64,000 nucleotides of DNA. Origin: Azolla caroliniana. Taxonomy: Eukaryota > Plantae > Polypodiophyta. Every line of letters starts with the position of its first letter. Position 1 is the first letter of the stretch. Made by a program: the position numbers and the translations under genes. The notes under the pieces were generated by a model. It had not been told where the DNA came from. It ran no database searches and saw nothing but the letters and a program-made list of their open reading frames with translations. Positions 37,662-51,718 of this stretch are shown piece by piece. The stretch is taken from positions 17,174,001 to 17,238,000 of the forward strand of contig JBHGNT010000018.1 in the NCBI GenBank assembly GCA_043228905.1. The letters run 5' to 3'.

Positions 37662-39003
37662 TGTTAGGAATATGTCCCTCTTATGGGAGCAGCCGATTGG
37701 TTGGGTCAAGTGCCGACAATCAAAGACATGGAGAGTCGACTAGGGGAGTCGATAGTAGGGGAGTCGATAGTAGAAGGGTACAGTAGAATGAGACTAAGAG
37801 GTAACGACCTCGAGCTCTGTATCTTCGCCAACAGGCGGTTACAACAGAAAAGACTTTCTATCTCTCTCTCTCTCTCTATCTGTCTCTATACAACTTCACT
37901 ATATCTACAACAACATGATTGCCCTAAGTTATATTTATACTCATATAACTTTTCAGGCTATTTACAAGTATGGCCTCAACGGCACATAGGAACATATTTA
38001 CAAATATGTCTCTTCTCTTGTTCACCACCGGGTCCGGTCAGATACCTTTCGGATCCATCTGATCCGGTTTCCGGATAGGTTTCGGTTCCATCCGGTCTGG
38101 TTCCTTCCTTTGAGTCGTCCAATCTGGCTCGTCCAGTTCTCATCTGGATCCCATCCGGAGGGACCGAATTCCCAACAAACTCCCCCGTCACTCCGACATG
38201 GGATATCTTGTCAATCTGATCCGTTTCCGGCACGCGTCCAACTTGTTGGTAGCTAGGACCTTGGTTAGCATGTCCAACCCATTCTCCTCCATGTGGATCT
38301 TCGTCAACGAAAACTCTTTGTCTTCTACTTTCCCCCAGAGCCACTGATATCTCCTCTGGATGTGCTTGGTCCGGGAATGGTAAGTCGTGTTCTTCACGAG
38401 GTGGATGACACTTTGACATTGTCACAATAGAGCCGGAATTCCTCCTATCAGATCCTTAACTCTCTGATGAAGTCCTTCATCCATATTAAGTCTTTGCCGG
38501 CTGCCATGTACTCCGCTTCCATTGTGGACAGTGCAAGGGACTTCTGCAGCCTCGAATGCCACGATACGGCTACCCCTGGATATGTCATAACATATCTGAA
38601 TGTAGACCGACTAGTATCTGCATCAGCCGACATGTCCGAGTCAGTGAAGCCTTCCAATAGGGGTTTACTGAAGCCAAATTGGAGGCACATGTTCGAGGTG
38701 CCTTTCAGATACCAGAGTATCCACTTTACAGAGGCCCAATGTTCTCTTCCCAGATTGCTCATAATCCGGCAAACCACTCTGACCGCATATCCGATATCCA
38801 GTCATGTGCACATCATAGCGTACATCAAACTTCCGATGACAGAGGAATATGGTACCTTCATCATCTTTGGCTTTTCCGTCTTTGTCTTCGGGCTTTGTTT
38901 CCCGGACAGCTTGCAGTTTGCCGGAAGTGTCGACCCGACCAGCTTTGCATCCAACATGTTGAACCTTTGAAGCACCTTTGTCACGTACTTTTCCTGCAAC
39001 AAG
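37662..39003 (-). mobile_element. Copia (Tnt1-like) 3' part: LTR 37662-38177, PPT, RNase H and RT C-terminus
   Basis: LTR TGTTAGG...TTCCCAACA; PPT 38178-38186; YHSRTKHIQRRY, FTDSDM, EKYVTKVL. Confidence 0.88.
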
Positions 39004-39470
39004 AGTGTTATGGGTCTATGAGAGTTAATACTGATGCTAGTAATGAGGTAAGGTTGAATGTGATCAATAGGCCTTCTTGCCTTATATAGAACCAAACATT
39101 CAAGATTAATGTTTGCAATGTAATATTCTAATTTTGTTCTTTTAGCATCTTTCCACTTCTTCCTTATTGGGTCCATTAATCTTTCCTCACTAAACACATA
39201 GTTCATAGCATCACTTGAAATCTCTAGGAGATCTTCCACATCCCATCTTTTCAAGCATTTTTTATGTCAACTACCCAACCGGATGAGAGAATTTTTCTCT
39301 TGTCATTCTTTTGTAGTTTACAGCCGACATTCCAAGCAAGATGTATCTATATTCCATGTATCATTCTCGATGCAAGATATGGGAGCTCTCCACTATTGTC
39401 TAGGTATCCAAGTTATACAAGATCCCTCCTGAGGCCTTATCCAAATAAACAAAAAATCCTACACTGAGTC
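39004..39470 (-). mobile_element. Probable non-LTR retrotransposon ORF2 C-terminal fragment
   Basis: GW...KRWDV...KWKDAKRTKLEYY...QPYL pattern resembles LINE 3' ends; no RT motif seen. Confidence 0.45.
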
Positions 39471-39479
39471 ACTACTTCA

Positions 39480-40190
39480 AACGTACAACATGTCCACATG
39501 GAAAGGTGTGTCCACTCCCTTATAAATCTCACTTACCTCATCCTCGACACTGACTGAAACATCGGATATAGTGGCATTTCCATATGTCAACATCATTGGT
39601 GGAATTAGATACCTCGTCACATGCACAAGACCTGACATATGCTTTGCAGCTAATTTCTTATCTCGCCACATGGAGGCACCAAGTCTAATCCACACCCAAC
39701 ACTTCAACCACCTATTAAGGTACCTTCAAGAAACTAAGGACTTCGGCATCACCTATTTAGCATCCATTAACCACACCATACTTAACCTGCTATTATGATG
39801 TTGATTGGGGGAGAGATAAAGACACATTACAATTGACATCAGGATATGTCTACCATCAACTCAAGCAAAATATGTAGCAATGACTTTGGCACTAAAAGAA
39901 GGCATTTGGGTAAAGCACTTCTTGAGGGAAACACTCTTCCTGGATCATCCTCTTCTCCTCGCTGTGATAACATGTCATCCATTATGCTCGCAAAGAACCT
40001 CAAACATTCTGAGCTAACAAAGCACATTGCCATGAAGCTACAATTTACTAGGGAACTACTACACAAAGGCAATATTAAGATAACTTATGTGTGCACCGAG
40101 CAACAATAACTAGACTTCTTAACTAAGTCTACTAAAAAATCCAAATACTATGAAAGTTGTAATCAACTAGGATTAAAAGCTACCTAGTTA
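39480..40190 (+). mobile_element. Old Copia RT/RNase H fragment from a different lineage
   Basis: FPYVNIIGGIRYLVTCTRPDICFAAN...LLRYLQ; CDNMSSIMLAKN...TKHI. Confidence 0.8.
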
Positions 40191-43100
40191 ATATTATCTA
40201 ACTAGGTTAGAATATAAGTAAAATAATAATACTAATAATAAATACTATAACCACCATTCCCGATTAATTTCACTAAGAAAGGCTCCAACTACCTTAAGTT
40301 ATAAATAGGCCTCTAGGCCTAATGTTGTATATGCCTTTTTTATTCAATAACTACTACCTTCTCTCCGACCCCCTTCTTCCTCTCTCTCTCTCTCTTCTCT
40401 TCTCTTCTTCACATTGATGATTAATAGCATTGTATGTATGAAGCTATATAAACAGACACAATGCATTCACACACCCCACCCCCCCATTATGGTCTATTTT
40501 AGGTTTGTCATTTTGAGATTTCAAAGTTTCATGTATGTTTTTATGACTAGGATCTTTAATGTTCATTCAAAACCTTGTTACTGCAAAAGCGTAACATAGG
40601 TTTTGATGGTATTGTGTGTTTAGGGTTTGATTATGTTTTCTAGGTTATTGTCAACCATGTATAGACACTTCAAACTTGTGAGTTTTCTAGGGTTTTTGGA
40701 GAGCTTTACGGTAAGGTGAGGCCTAAAGATGAGCATTAAAATACTATTTATGTTTAATGGTTTTTTAGAGATTTAGGGTTTAGCAATTTTGGATTGCCAT
40801 GGTTTTAGGGGTTATGAAGCTTTTAGGGTTTATGGCTTCTAGATATTTATTTAGAATTGGGAGGTTTTGGGTTTAGGGTTGTCAATTGATTTAGGATGTA
40901 GTGTTTATTAGAGGTTTTAGGGCTTGAATGCCTTAAGAGTTTCTAGGCATTGCACACGTGCTTGGATTTTCATGCAAAGATAGATTAGAGACTTTTGTAT
41001 TCCTACAAAGCAACAAAGTTTTGATTTTACATGAACTAATGTAATGTGCCCATCGATCTCATTTACAGTGGCAGAATGCGAAGCATGAATCCTTCTAGCA
41101 GAAGGATGGAAATTCAAACAAGAAATACATAAGAATCGGTGTATGAAGCTCGGCAAATGTTGGGTTGTGTTTCCTCCCCATGATTTTAAAATGCTTTTTA
41201 CGAGGGGTTGGTTAGGACTTCTTATTTTACTTGATTTATCCTCTCATCTTGTGCAATAGAATTGTCAACAAAAAAGGAGATCTAGAATATAATTTCGAGG
41301 TCCCAATATCATATATCATTAAAAATTGATGGTGGTAGATTTATTGATCGAAGATTTGTCTTCAAATGTCATCTGAACATATTTTGCCATTGATTATACT
41401 TTTTTACTACAATTTTCTCTAGTTGGTGCGTAATGTAGGCTACGTCCTTACAAACTACTATCCTTGATTTTGGTTCTATAGATTTCTTTTTATATATCAC
41501 TTATTTAGATTCTCAAGACTTCTTTAGGAATGGTCCAAGGAAGATTCTATTATATCATTTAATGATTTCATTGTTGAAATATTACCTTTAGAATATTTTA
41601 TCTTCGGAATGTTATCTTTGATGGTTTAGGAATGTTTACCTTTCACAACTAAATTCATCCTAAACGGTTATTATGCTTGAAGAAAACTCATTGTCCTTGG
41701 TAGCAACAACATGATTAGAAGTTCCTTGGTACTAATTAAATATTGTTTTGTGGCTTTTGATGATAAAGTATTCTATTCTTCGAATGAATTGGTAAATGCT
41801 TTCAACGGCTTTGAAACATTAAAAAGCCATTGTATGATGAACTATTTGTACATGAAATAGTCCAAACCGAGTCTTTTGAACATGTACATGCCAAGATACA
41901 TCTAGTTCTTTTGTGCTTTTTGTTGTGTTGCATATTTCAATCCCATGCATTTTTCTTAGGCTTGGTTCCTTTGTGCTTTTTGTCATGTCAAATGTTTTGA
42001 TCCATGGTTCCTTTTGAAGGCCTACGAAAGGGCACTACCATTGGAAAATAAGGAGTATCTAGAGCTATCTTCTTGGTTTCCTTGTTTTCCTTGTTTAGTA
42101 AAAACTCGGAAATGTCTATTTTTATATTTGCTTTTTAATTTCATGAATCTTGATGTAGTGATTTTATAACTGAATGAGTTGTACATTTCTCCTCTTTTGT
42201 TATACCTCTTCATTTGATCAATTTGCTTCTTTGCCATGGGCCCAGAGTCCTTTCCATTGGCTTCTATGATCTATCATTTATGAATGACAACTAGTTTCTC
42301 TACGATGTGATTTGATATTCCCTATTGCACTCCTAGAATTTGGTTTGCAGAGTATTTCACTTAGTAAAAATTGTATTTTTCTTTCTTTTGTAAATGTTTT
42401 TACAAGAGGCACACCCTTCCACTTCAACTTATTATTTCCATCCCACACAAAGAGATTGTATGCTATATGTTGCACTTGTTTATATTTTGAAGGTGTTATT
42501 GTAAGAACCGTACTTTGCCACTAATTCCTCCTTTTAATTGTTTTCTTTGTCATGAGGACATTGATATGCATGTCTTAATACGTTTATTTGAAGTTTTCTC
42601 TAGAAAACACGTTTCGTGTGACTGCACCATCCATCTTCAGAATATGATCTTAGCTAAATTTAAAAGCTATTGGCTTACTATTACCTCTAGCTACTCGAAT
42701 ATAAAAGTTGATGCGAAGTCTTCAAATATAACACAATTCATCCTCAAAGATAATGTTATCATGCATACTAAATACTATTTATTGTAAAGTTGAAACCCTA
42801 AAACATATGCCGCACATTATCGAATTTAATAATAATGTGCTCAAGGCTTGAACCCACATGCAAAGCATAATCTTAATTACTCCCCCATCGTGAATACATA
42901 TAATTTCAATAAGTACAATATTTTTCTAGGACTTTGTTATGGCTTGCTTGACTTATATTTCATTAAAAATGTATGGTCCAATCAAAGGCTTCTTACGTGA
43001 CAAGAGAAATTAAAGTTGCCCATACATTATGGGATAAGTATTGGGAACGAACTTGGTATAAATCGTTCTGTGATTGTGAGTTTGAAATGATGGCACTTGG

Positions 43101-43833
43101 ATGTCCTCATTAAACACTAAAAAATAACATTGCAATGTTCTACAAGTTTACATAAATCTAAGCATTTGAATGCTTAATAATGAGAATTTGGAAATATTTA
43201 AATTTGAGTCTCAACACTTGTACATGTTCCACAAGTTCACACAACCTTAAAAAGTTAGTTACAATTATAATGAAGATTTCACACATGTCACCTTGAATTG
43301 ATACAACTCTAGAAGCTCTTGGGTGGGATATTGGGTGGCTAGGTGGGAGACAAAACATTGATCATTTGAAAACATGCATGGAATTAGGACACAAAACTTG
43401 TCATCTCCAAATTTATTACATTGATCTACATTTCTAAAGCTCTAGAGATGAGACTTGGAACAGAAACACATTGATAATTTTCATCAATTTGTAAACAAAA
43501 ATTTGAATTATTTGCCATTTTATCCAGTATGGCAAGGGTACTTGAGAAAGTTGAAAATTGAGAGCTTTTCACCACCTTGAATAATCGATATGATTGGGCT
43601 CCCAAATAATGTAGCTAGCTAGAAGAGCTAGGCCATGATAGAAAGAGTTTTCTTTGCTCATTTTCCTCGGAACAAAAGTGCTCATACAAAATGCTGAAGG
43701 CAAGCTTCTCTACACTAGCATGATCAATATAGATCAATGTTAAATCAAACATATTAATGAATTGGGCAATATTGGATGGAAATAGGGTTTGTTTAAATCC
43801 TTAGGAGTTTGCTAATAATGGCAGGAACTCATC

Positions 43834-44592
43834 TTAGGGCTCGAGCTTGAAGTATCCCATATTATTGAAGATCCCACCACTACTAGTTTGGGAAGAAGAA
43901 TTAACTCTAGAAATGACACTATTCATGCCACTACTAGTATTGGTAGTGCTAGTGTGAGTGGAGTGTGGACTATGGGAGGAAGAATTGGGAGAGGACTCGT
44001 GGTGACGAACATGACTAGAGAAGCTTAGATGCGAGGACGAAGGCATATGGTCATGATCATGGTCATGACTAGAAGCACTACTAGAGGTTAGAAGAAGAGG
44101 ACTAATGTCCATGGGGTGGTGATGCATCACATGTTGTGGATGATTATGACCATGATGATGGTGATGGAGAGATGAAGTGCTAGATGGTGATTGAAGCATC
44201 AATGGATGTTGTGTGATGACATGGGAGGTAGATTGAAGGAGCGAGAGGTGAGATCGGGCAATAGTGAGCTCTTGTTGCAAGCTCGCGACATGGCGTTGGA
44301 GGAGTGAGATAGTGCCCACGCACCCGTACACGGGGTCTTTCATTCTCGCCTCGGCTTCGTACGCGAGGGAGCTCGCGGCATCCTCTCTTTGGGCCACCGG
44401 GATCTCGTTCAACATCTTGCTCACATTGCTCGCGCCGAAGACCTTGTGCACGTGCGCAAACTTCTGCGGGTTGTCGGCCGGGAAGTATGGTGCGAACACG
44501 CATTCGGCCGTGCATTTCCGGCGCAGGAACTTGCAAGCCGCGCACGGAGACGAGGATGACGATGCGAGATTGTTGAAAGGTGTAGTGGCCAT
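43834..44592 (-). CDS. LBD: Class I LOB-domain (LBD) transcription factor, LOB/AS2-like, 252 aa
   Basis: C-block CAACKFLRRKC...C, GAS block FAHVHKVFGASNV...DPVYGCVG, leucine zipper, Ser/His-rich C-terminus; intact single-exon ORF. Confidence 0.96.
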   Translation of the reverse strand: MATTPFNNLASSSSSPCAACKFLRRKCTAECVFAPYFPADNPQKFAHVHKVFGASNVSKMLNEIPVAQREDAASSLAYEAEARMKDPVYGCVGTISLLQRHVASLQQELTIARSHLSLLQSTSHVITQHPLMLQSPSSTSSLHHHHHGHNHPQHVMHHHPMDISPLLLTSSSASSHDHDHDHMPSSSHLSFSSHVRHHESSPNSSSHSPHSTHTSTTNTSSGMNSVISRVNSSSQTSSGGIFNNMGYFKLEP

Positions 44593-47500
44593 GTAGTTTT
44601 GATTCTCTCTTATGTAGAGATTTTTAAGAAAGAAGCTTGAAAAGCAAGAAACAGAGTTTAATATGCATCAAATGCTGGATTTTTTTGCTGCAGTAATCCC
44701 CTTGGTCCTCCTTTTCTGTGTCTTTTTGTTCTTACTACAGACAGGAAAAACCTAACTTACAATGACGGTGTTAATTAATGCTGAAGCTACTACTATAAGT
44801 ATTGAATTAATTTCCCTTCCTTCTAGTAAAACATGAAGGAGCTTAACGAAGAAACCCTTACTCTAAAAAAATCCCTGCAAACTTTTGGAAAATCCTTATA
44901 CTAATTATATAACGAAATACCAAATTGGCAAACGTTCTACACTTAAACAAATTTGGAACAAACAAAACGCTAAACCTACGCTTTGCTATTAAACCTCTAC
45001 ATTTGACCCGAAAACCCTAATCTGTAATTACTTTTATATATATGATTATGCATCATAACACATAATTCCCAATGAATGGATATAATCTTCTGAGAAGCTA
45101 AAAAGAAGGATCAAATTAAAGCTCCCTGCCGAGACCCAGAAAAAGATGCTTCTTGAATCTGCACTAAAAAGAACCCAGCTAATCAGCAGCTGTGGTGTTC
45201 AGAAAAACAGAAAAATGGATGGAAAATCAAGCTCAAGCTTGGAAGAAGAAGAAGAAGAAGAAACCTTAGCATGGTTAAAAAAGACTGAGTCCTCAACACC
45301 ATTTTATTTTTTTTATTTATTTAATTATTGAATGTCATTTTTGTCTTCTAACAATCTCAAATCAAATCAATTCAAAAGAGAAATAACACATCCATGCAAA
45401 AATAGAGTATTTAATTATTTGTTTTATTTTTTATTTAATAAATAAATAAGATCCCACTCCTCCCCCCATTTACTTTTATCCAAAGCAAACAAGAAAAGTA
45501 GTCTCACTTGACTTCACTAACTCTCTTGGCAACCTTTGTGTTGACACAGTTGTTGTTGTTATCATGGACACTTCGTAGACTTACTCGCCCACGTACTTTT
45601 CTTCTGCTTTTGAAGAAGCCTGGATTCACACTCGCCTCCAGCTCATGGTTCGTACTGCGGGTGTCAGCTGCTTTATGCTGTAGATTAGTTAAAATCCGGA
45701 CGGCCCTTGCGGTCAGTTTCAGACAGCTGCCATTGACAACTTGTCATCAAGCTTCACATGCAGCACTATTGATGGTGGTGACCTGAGTTTGGAAGTCCAG
45801 AAAACTCACACGTTTGTGTGATTCATCACACATACGTTATTGTCTCCGATTCAACAAACCTACATTGTTGAGTGAGATAGTGTGATGCTACTTGTACAAT
45901 TGCATATGTTTTATGACTCCTATCGTATAAGGTGCACTATTTGCAAGGGTGTAATATGAAAAAAGCATTTGTTACAAAGGTAGGAAAATCAAATCTACAC
46001 CTTGTCATTTTAACAATATCAATAATACCCCTTTCAAGCAAAAAACCCTAAGATGTTGTATAATGGTGTTTGCCATTCAAGGTAACTTTCTACGGCCCAG
46101 TTGAATTAATAAGCTTGATTGTTTTTACTACGTAGTTGTTGCCTATTATGAATTAAATTTATAATGTTTCAAAATCTATGTGGAGCCATAATTATAGCAC
46201 TTAGTTCAAACTGAATTTAGCTCAAGCCTGGTGATTAGTTGCATATTGTAGCATTTAGCTCATATTGACCCATATAAACACCGACTTTAAATGTCGTTAA
46301 ATAAAAAAACTCTCAAAGAAAAGGTTGTACATGTGAATCCACACACATATAAGCATGTATGCATACATACTTCTAGACATGTAGATATAATATATATAAA
46401 AACTCAATTATGCATTCTCTTTGATTATGTAGGTTTAGCATTCACTATACTTCATTTTTAAGATGGTTAATTCTCACACAAATCCCAAAGTTTGACTTAT
46501 TAAAATGTTGACAAGACTAGCTAAAAGGTTGTTAACTTCGTTGTGTCAACTTCTCTAACATCAAGGTTGGTTCTCGCCCATTTAAATGTTGACATATGTC
46601 TTACACAAGGATATTACATATCATATTTCTAATTTCTCGAGGTCACTTTGAAAGGAGGTTAATTGTCATCCCATGTTCCACAACCATGAAACTTTCATTG
46701 ACACTTCTGTTTTTTTTACAATGAAGGATATTATCACACAAGTGTCTTGTTTTCCCCCACACAAGGCGATTAAAATAAAGTTTCCAAATTGCTATTTGTC
46801 TCCCTTGTTTCCCACACGATATTACCTATAATAAAGAAGGTAAATTGTAGAATTGAATAGGCTTTACAAGGTTGTGATACCAATCTATGAATTGACGAAG
46901 CCAACGTCTTATAACAATAAATGCAAGTTGTATTCGTAGATCAATACAAATTCTGCATGCACACGCTCCCTAAGAAATGTGATAGCTTATTTCCATTCAT
47001 TTGATTAAAACTCATTTCAATTATTATTGGTGAAAGGATGTTAGTTGTGCATCAGTGAATATAACCACAAAGATACAAACAACAATATGATGTTCTAGAT
47101 CGTCTTGAAAATATGCCTTTGTAAATTTCATTTAAATACTTAGCTTCAATTTGGCATTTATTGCAAGTTAATATAATAAGAAGTATATTGTAGTTAATGA
47201 AACACCATACACATTGCTTTTAGAAATTAGATGCACCCACTCTATTGGCTATAAATGAGGATGTAATGATTACCTTGGTAATGTCAAAATGGCGAGGACA
47301 TATGCCCATGATTTGGTAAACAAGAAAGGGCGGGTTGTTGGTTAAATGATTTAGGGATTGTGTTTCACATGGTATGCTTTCAATGCATGTCTACTTGAAA
47401 TATTTTAGCCTTTCTCAACACCCGAGATAATGCATTGTATGTCCCACTTTTCTCATAATGTTTCCCCTAATGAATCCTCCTTTGGCAAGTCATACTTCTT

Positions 47501-48047
47501 TGCTTTATCAAACCACAAGGTGGTAATTGAACTAACGTTAGTAAGGAAAGAACATGTCCTATCTACTAATTGTATTGTGGGTAAGGCATTTTTTTTCGGA
47601 AGCTTGTCGGGTCACTATGATATTTATGGCTGAGTAAGAGGCAACCTTGAAGGCATGGTCTTTTGATGGAATGCCAAGTCCCACATTACATATACTCCTT
47701 CACAATTACTAGTTGATTACACCTCCCAAAAAATGTTGTTTGATGAATGGAAGTGTCCAAGGAATTTCTAAAAAGAAATTCATAAGCTTAGTGATGAAAA
47801 AACATATTATGCCTTTTGAGCTTGAGATGTTTTGGGAGGTGGTGTAAATCATGGCCATTGAGATTGAAGAGGCACAAATACAAAGCATTTAGTATAGTGA
47901 AATAGATGCTTCTCAAACCCCTACTCGAAAAATAGAGCAAAATTCAGAGAATATAATTCTAAATTAGAATAACAATGGGGTTTGATTAATAAAATCCTTA
48001 TATAGCTTCCCTCTTATCAGTTGTTGAGCACATAACACTCTTGTAAG

Positions 48048-48504
48048 TAACAATCGGCAACAATTTGGTTTGAATAGAACCGAACAACGAAACCACGACT
48101 TAATAGGTTAAACGGTTCGATTCGGTTCAAGTCCTGGTTCAAGTTTTTTTAATGGTTCGGTTTCAATGGTTGGAAACCGTGATTTAAATAGTTTAATGGT
48201 TTTTTAATTTAAAACAAAATATTATTATTTTAAAAACAATCTTTTCATTTTTAAGCCTAATTCTCACATTTTAGGAAAATCTTTAAATTTTTGAAAAATT
48301 AAAATTTTGAATTTTGAATTTTGACCTAGTTGAAAATCGAAACTGCGGTTTTAAGGGATTACTGGTTTACTGGTTTAACAGTTTGGAATTTTTTTAACGG
48401 TTTGGTTTAAACAGTTTCATGATTCAGTTCGGTTCAAGTTTCAAAAAAATTTAACGCTTTGGTTTTGACACTCTCGAACCGAACCGAACTATTGCCGATT
48501 GTTA
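48048..48504. mobile_element. hAT-like MITE
   Basis: TIRs TAACAATCGGCAA...TTGCCGATTGTTA; many AACCG/CGGTT subterminal motifs; decayed 8-bp TSD CTTGTAAG/TTCATAAG (5/8, all differences transitions). Confidence 0.75.
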
Positions 48505-49179
48505 TTCATAAGTTGAATAATGCAACCATGTAGTAATGATACATTGTAATGCAACTACATTCAAGTGTACCAAAATCTTGCACAGTATTTGTGAACTTGG
48601 AGATAAAATGTTCAATGACAAACTAATGAATAGTTTCATTAACATACTATATGCCCATACTGCAAAACCTCTTGATAGGTCAAATGTGTTGGTTCTTAAT
48701 TGAAGCTTGTTTGATAGTGATTGCCTATGAGGATTCCATGATGAGCCCTAACAATCCAAGGGAAGCCCTAACAACCTCAATACCATTAATAACACCCTCT
48801 ACAAGAACAAAATGTGTAATAACCTATGCAACACGTGACAATATTACAAAAGGTATAAATTCCCATACTATGTAGGTCTCTATTGATATTAGGCATTCTT
48901 CATGCACCACCCCGACACTTGTTGTAGGGAACCTAATAGGAAGTTCAAACAAGGGCTAACTGTTAGTGAGTAACACAAAATCTAGACAAACATGAGCAAC
49001 GAGCTCAAGAAACATCCAAGTGGAAAAGGAAGCCCCTAAAATTTTAATCTATCAAAGCATCTCAAGCACCACCTCAATAACCACTAACATCTCCAAGGGT
49101 GATGAATTTTTATTTTATTTAAAATAAAATAAAATCCTTCCATTAGTTTTTAAAAAAGGCACATCATCTACAATGTTAT

Positions 49180-49690
49180 TTTTTCCGTGGAGATTGTGCA
49201 ACTATTGAAGCCACTCTATCCCACAACACCCGATCTGAAAGATCATTAAATGTTTTTTTGGTTTTTTCCAAGCTGGCCACATTTAGCATACATATCCACC
49301 AAAGCATTCCCAAGCTCAATATTGTATTCCAATAGTCACACGATTTCATTGTGAATTTCTATGCCCTTATCAGCTACCACTACACTGCCACAATCCTTTT
49401 CGCAAACTTACAAGGGTGTTTGCATCTAGAAGTAGTCCAATTACTGCAGTAGCATCTTCAAAAGAGTCCACATCTAGCATATGCATCAACTAGAATAGCC
49501 ACAAGACACGGATTTGAATCAAACTCCCTTTCAATGATCTCATTATGGATTTCTTGCCCTCTTCTCATAGCTTTTAGGCTTATGCATGCCTTCAAAGTAA
49601 AAATATAGGTCACAAAATTTCGCATAGTCCCTTTCAACTACTCTTAGACTGCTATAGACATATGTTTGTCCCTGAGCATAAGAAATAATA
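49180..49690 (-). pseudogene. PLS-class PPR gene fragment
   Basis: LGNALVDMYAKCGQL (~49270-49315) and VTYIFTLKAC...GQEIH (~49545-49615), with frameshifts and stops. Confidence 0.8.
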
Positions 49691-51718
49691 GTTATACATT
49701 GACACATGCCTCATGTTGGTGGAGGAAATACCTAGAGTGGTGGGTGATACCTCCAACGTTTACCATCATTAACCATGCATAATACCTTCATCATTTCCCA
49801 TCTCTTCTTAAAAACCTCTTGCTTTTGAAAGACTACATCTGGATCATCTTTGATAGCATCATATTCTCCTTTTAGTGTATGCACTAAGGTCATCCAAATC
49901 TCCTTGACTCCATCCACAACATTCCATTGAATTTGTTGAAATATCCTTCGACATCTACTAGTCCACAAAACCCATATAATTATTGAACTAATCGTCTCCC
50001 AAACCATGCCATTTTGGACTAAATTAATAGGCATGTATGGCGACACTTCCTCAACATATCGACCTCTTGTATGTAATGCAAAGTTAACATTTTCTTTTTC
50101 ATAATCTTGTACCTCACCCTTAATATTAGCCCACATAACTGCCCCCTATTTATATATTCTAGAGCCATAAACCTCATGCAAGAGACGTAAAAATCTTTTC
50201 CAAACCAATTTGGCAGCCATACATAACCAAAATAGGTGATGAAGAGACTCCACTTCCAAACCACAAAAATCACACATCTTATCCACTTCTTTACACTACA
50301 TCCAAGCCCTAACAGGAACCACATAATTAACAATCAACCATCTAAATAGAATAATCTTCTTTGGAATTTGCATAGCCCATAGCCATTTCCAAAATGTTGT
50401 CATGTGAGTAGGATCCACATTATAAGTCAACCATTTTGTTGTTGCTATTGGCCAATGGCGTACCTTACGTCTTATCATCTCCCTTCCCAATCGAACGGAA
50501 TACTGAAAAAATGGAATTGGCCTAACATCCTCTCCAGAATATGATGTAGGCAACCACTTCCATTCTCCTGGGTCCCAATCCAATTCACATAATGGTTTTT
50601 CCCCCACTACCCATAGATCCCACCATGGATGCACATCATTAGGATTAGGGTCAAGAACCCAACCCTTATCTACCTTAGCTAGAATTCTAATGGGTTTTAA
50701 TATAGCCTTAGCCAAACATTCATCTTCCCGGGTAATCATCCCTAATCGTCCATCCTATAGAACATCATAGCTTAAGAAAGTACCATCATCTCTTAGGCCA
50801 CAAACTCCCAGTAAAACCTGAAAATAATCCCATCCACTTATGACAATTAGAAAGTATATTATCTTGAAAGGGTAACTGCAACCTCCTTAACTCATCAACT
50901 ATCACCATTCCTCCTCTTATTCCTCTACATTCTTGTTGAATAATATGAGTAGGGTTGTGAACAAATTGTTGCCAATTACTAAGTGATGAGGCAAAAGATG
51001 AGTCCACTTGAGCCCAATTTAATCTGACTCTCCTCCCCAACATAGACCCTTCAACATCTAGAAATAAAGGATTCCAAACCAATGGTTGATGTAACCATTC
51101 ATCCACCGACGTGGGTCAGACTTGTTGCAAGTTATCCTTTATGAACCACCAGGCTCGCTTTATTGCAGCAAAGAATCTATCATTTTGAAACACCATCTTA
51201 TGCGAATGAAAGTTAGGAATAAACCACCATCGGAGAGACCTTGTCCATTCACCTCTAGTTTTCGGGAAGACCTCTTTCATTCCCAATTGAAGAAACATCT
51301 TCCACGGCTCATTTCCTGGCAGTAATCCTCGTACAATAAATTTTGCCAATAATGGCTTACATTGTATCAAAGGATCTACCAAACCTAAACCCCCTTGAGA
51401 AGTCGGCGCTATAATAGTTTTCCAAGCTACCTTTGGTCTAACATAATTAAAATAAGTAGATCCCCATAAAAAATTCCTAATCAATCTCTGTAACTTTGAT
51501 AACAATCATCTAGAGAATAACCAAGAGGATAGAATATACCACATTGAGGAGAGTAATACTTGATTAGAAATAGCTAGCCTCCCAACAAGTGACAAATTCG
51601 TAGAACTCCAAAAGATCAATTTCTTCCTCAAAGAAAGCAATAATGGTTGTATATGAGCTTCTGGAGGAAGACTAATTCCCACTTGGCATCCTAAATATCT
51701 CACAGGAGAGCCCTTTGG

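Noticed and set aside
41400-42800. Possible highly degenerate LINE ORF2 on the minus strand
   Set aside because: Only vague similarity, many stops and no diagnostic motif.
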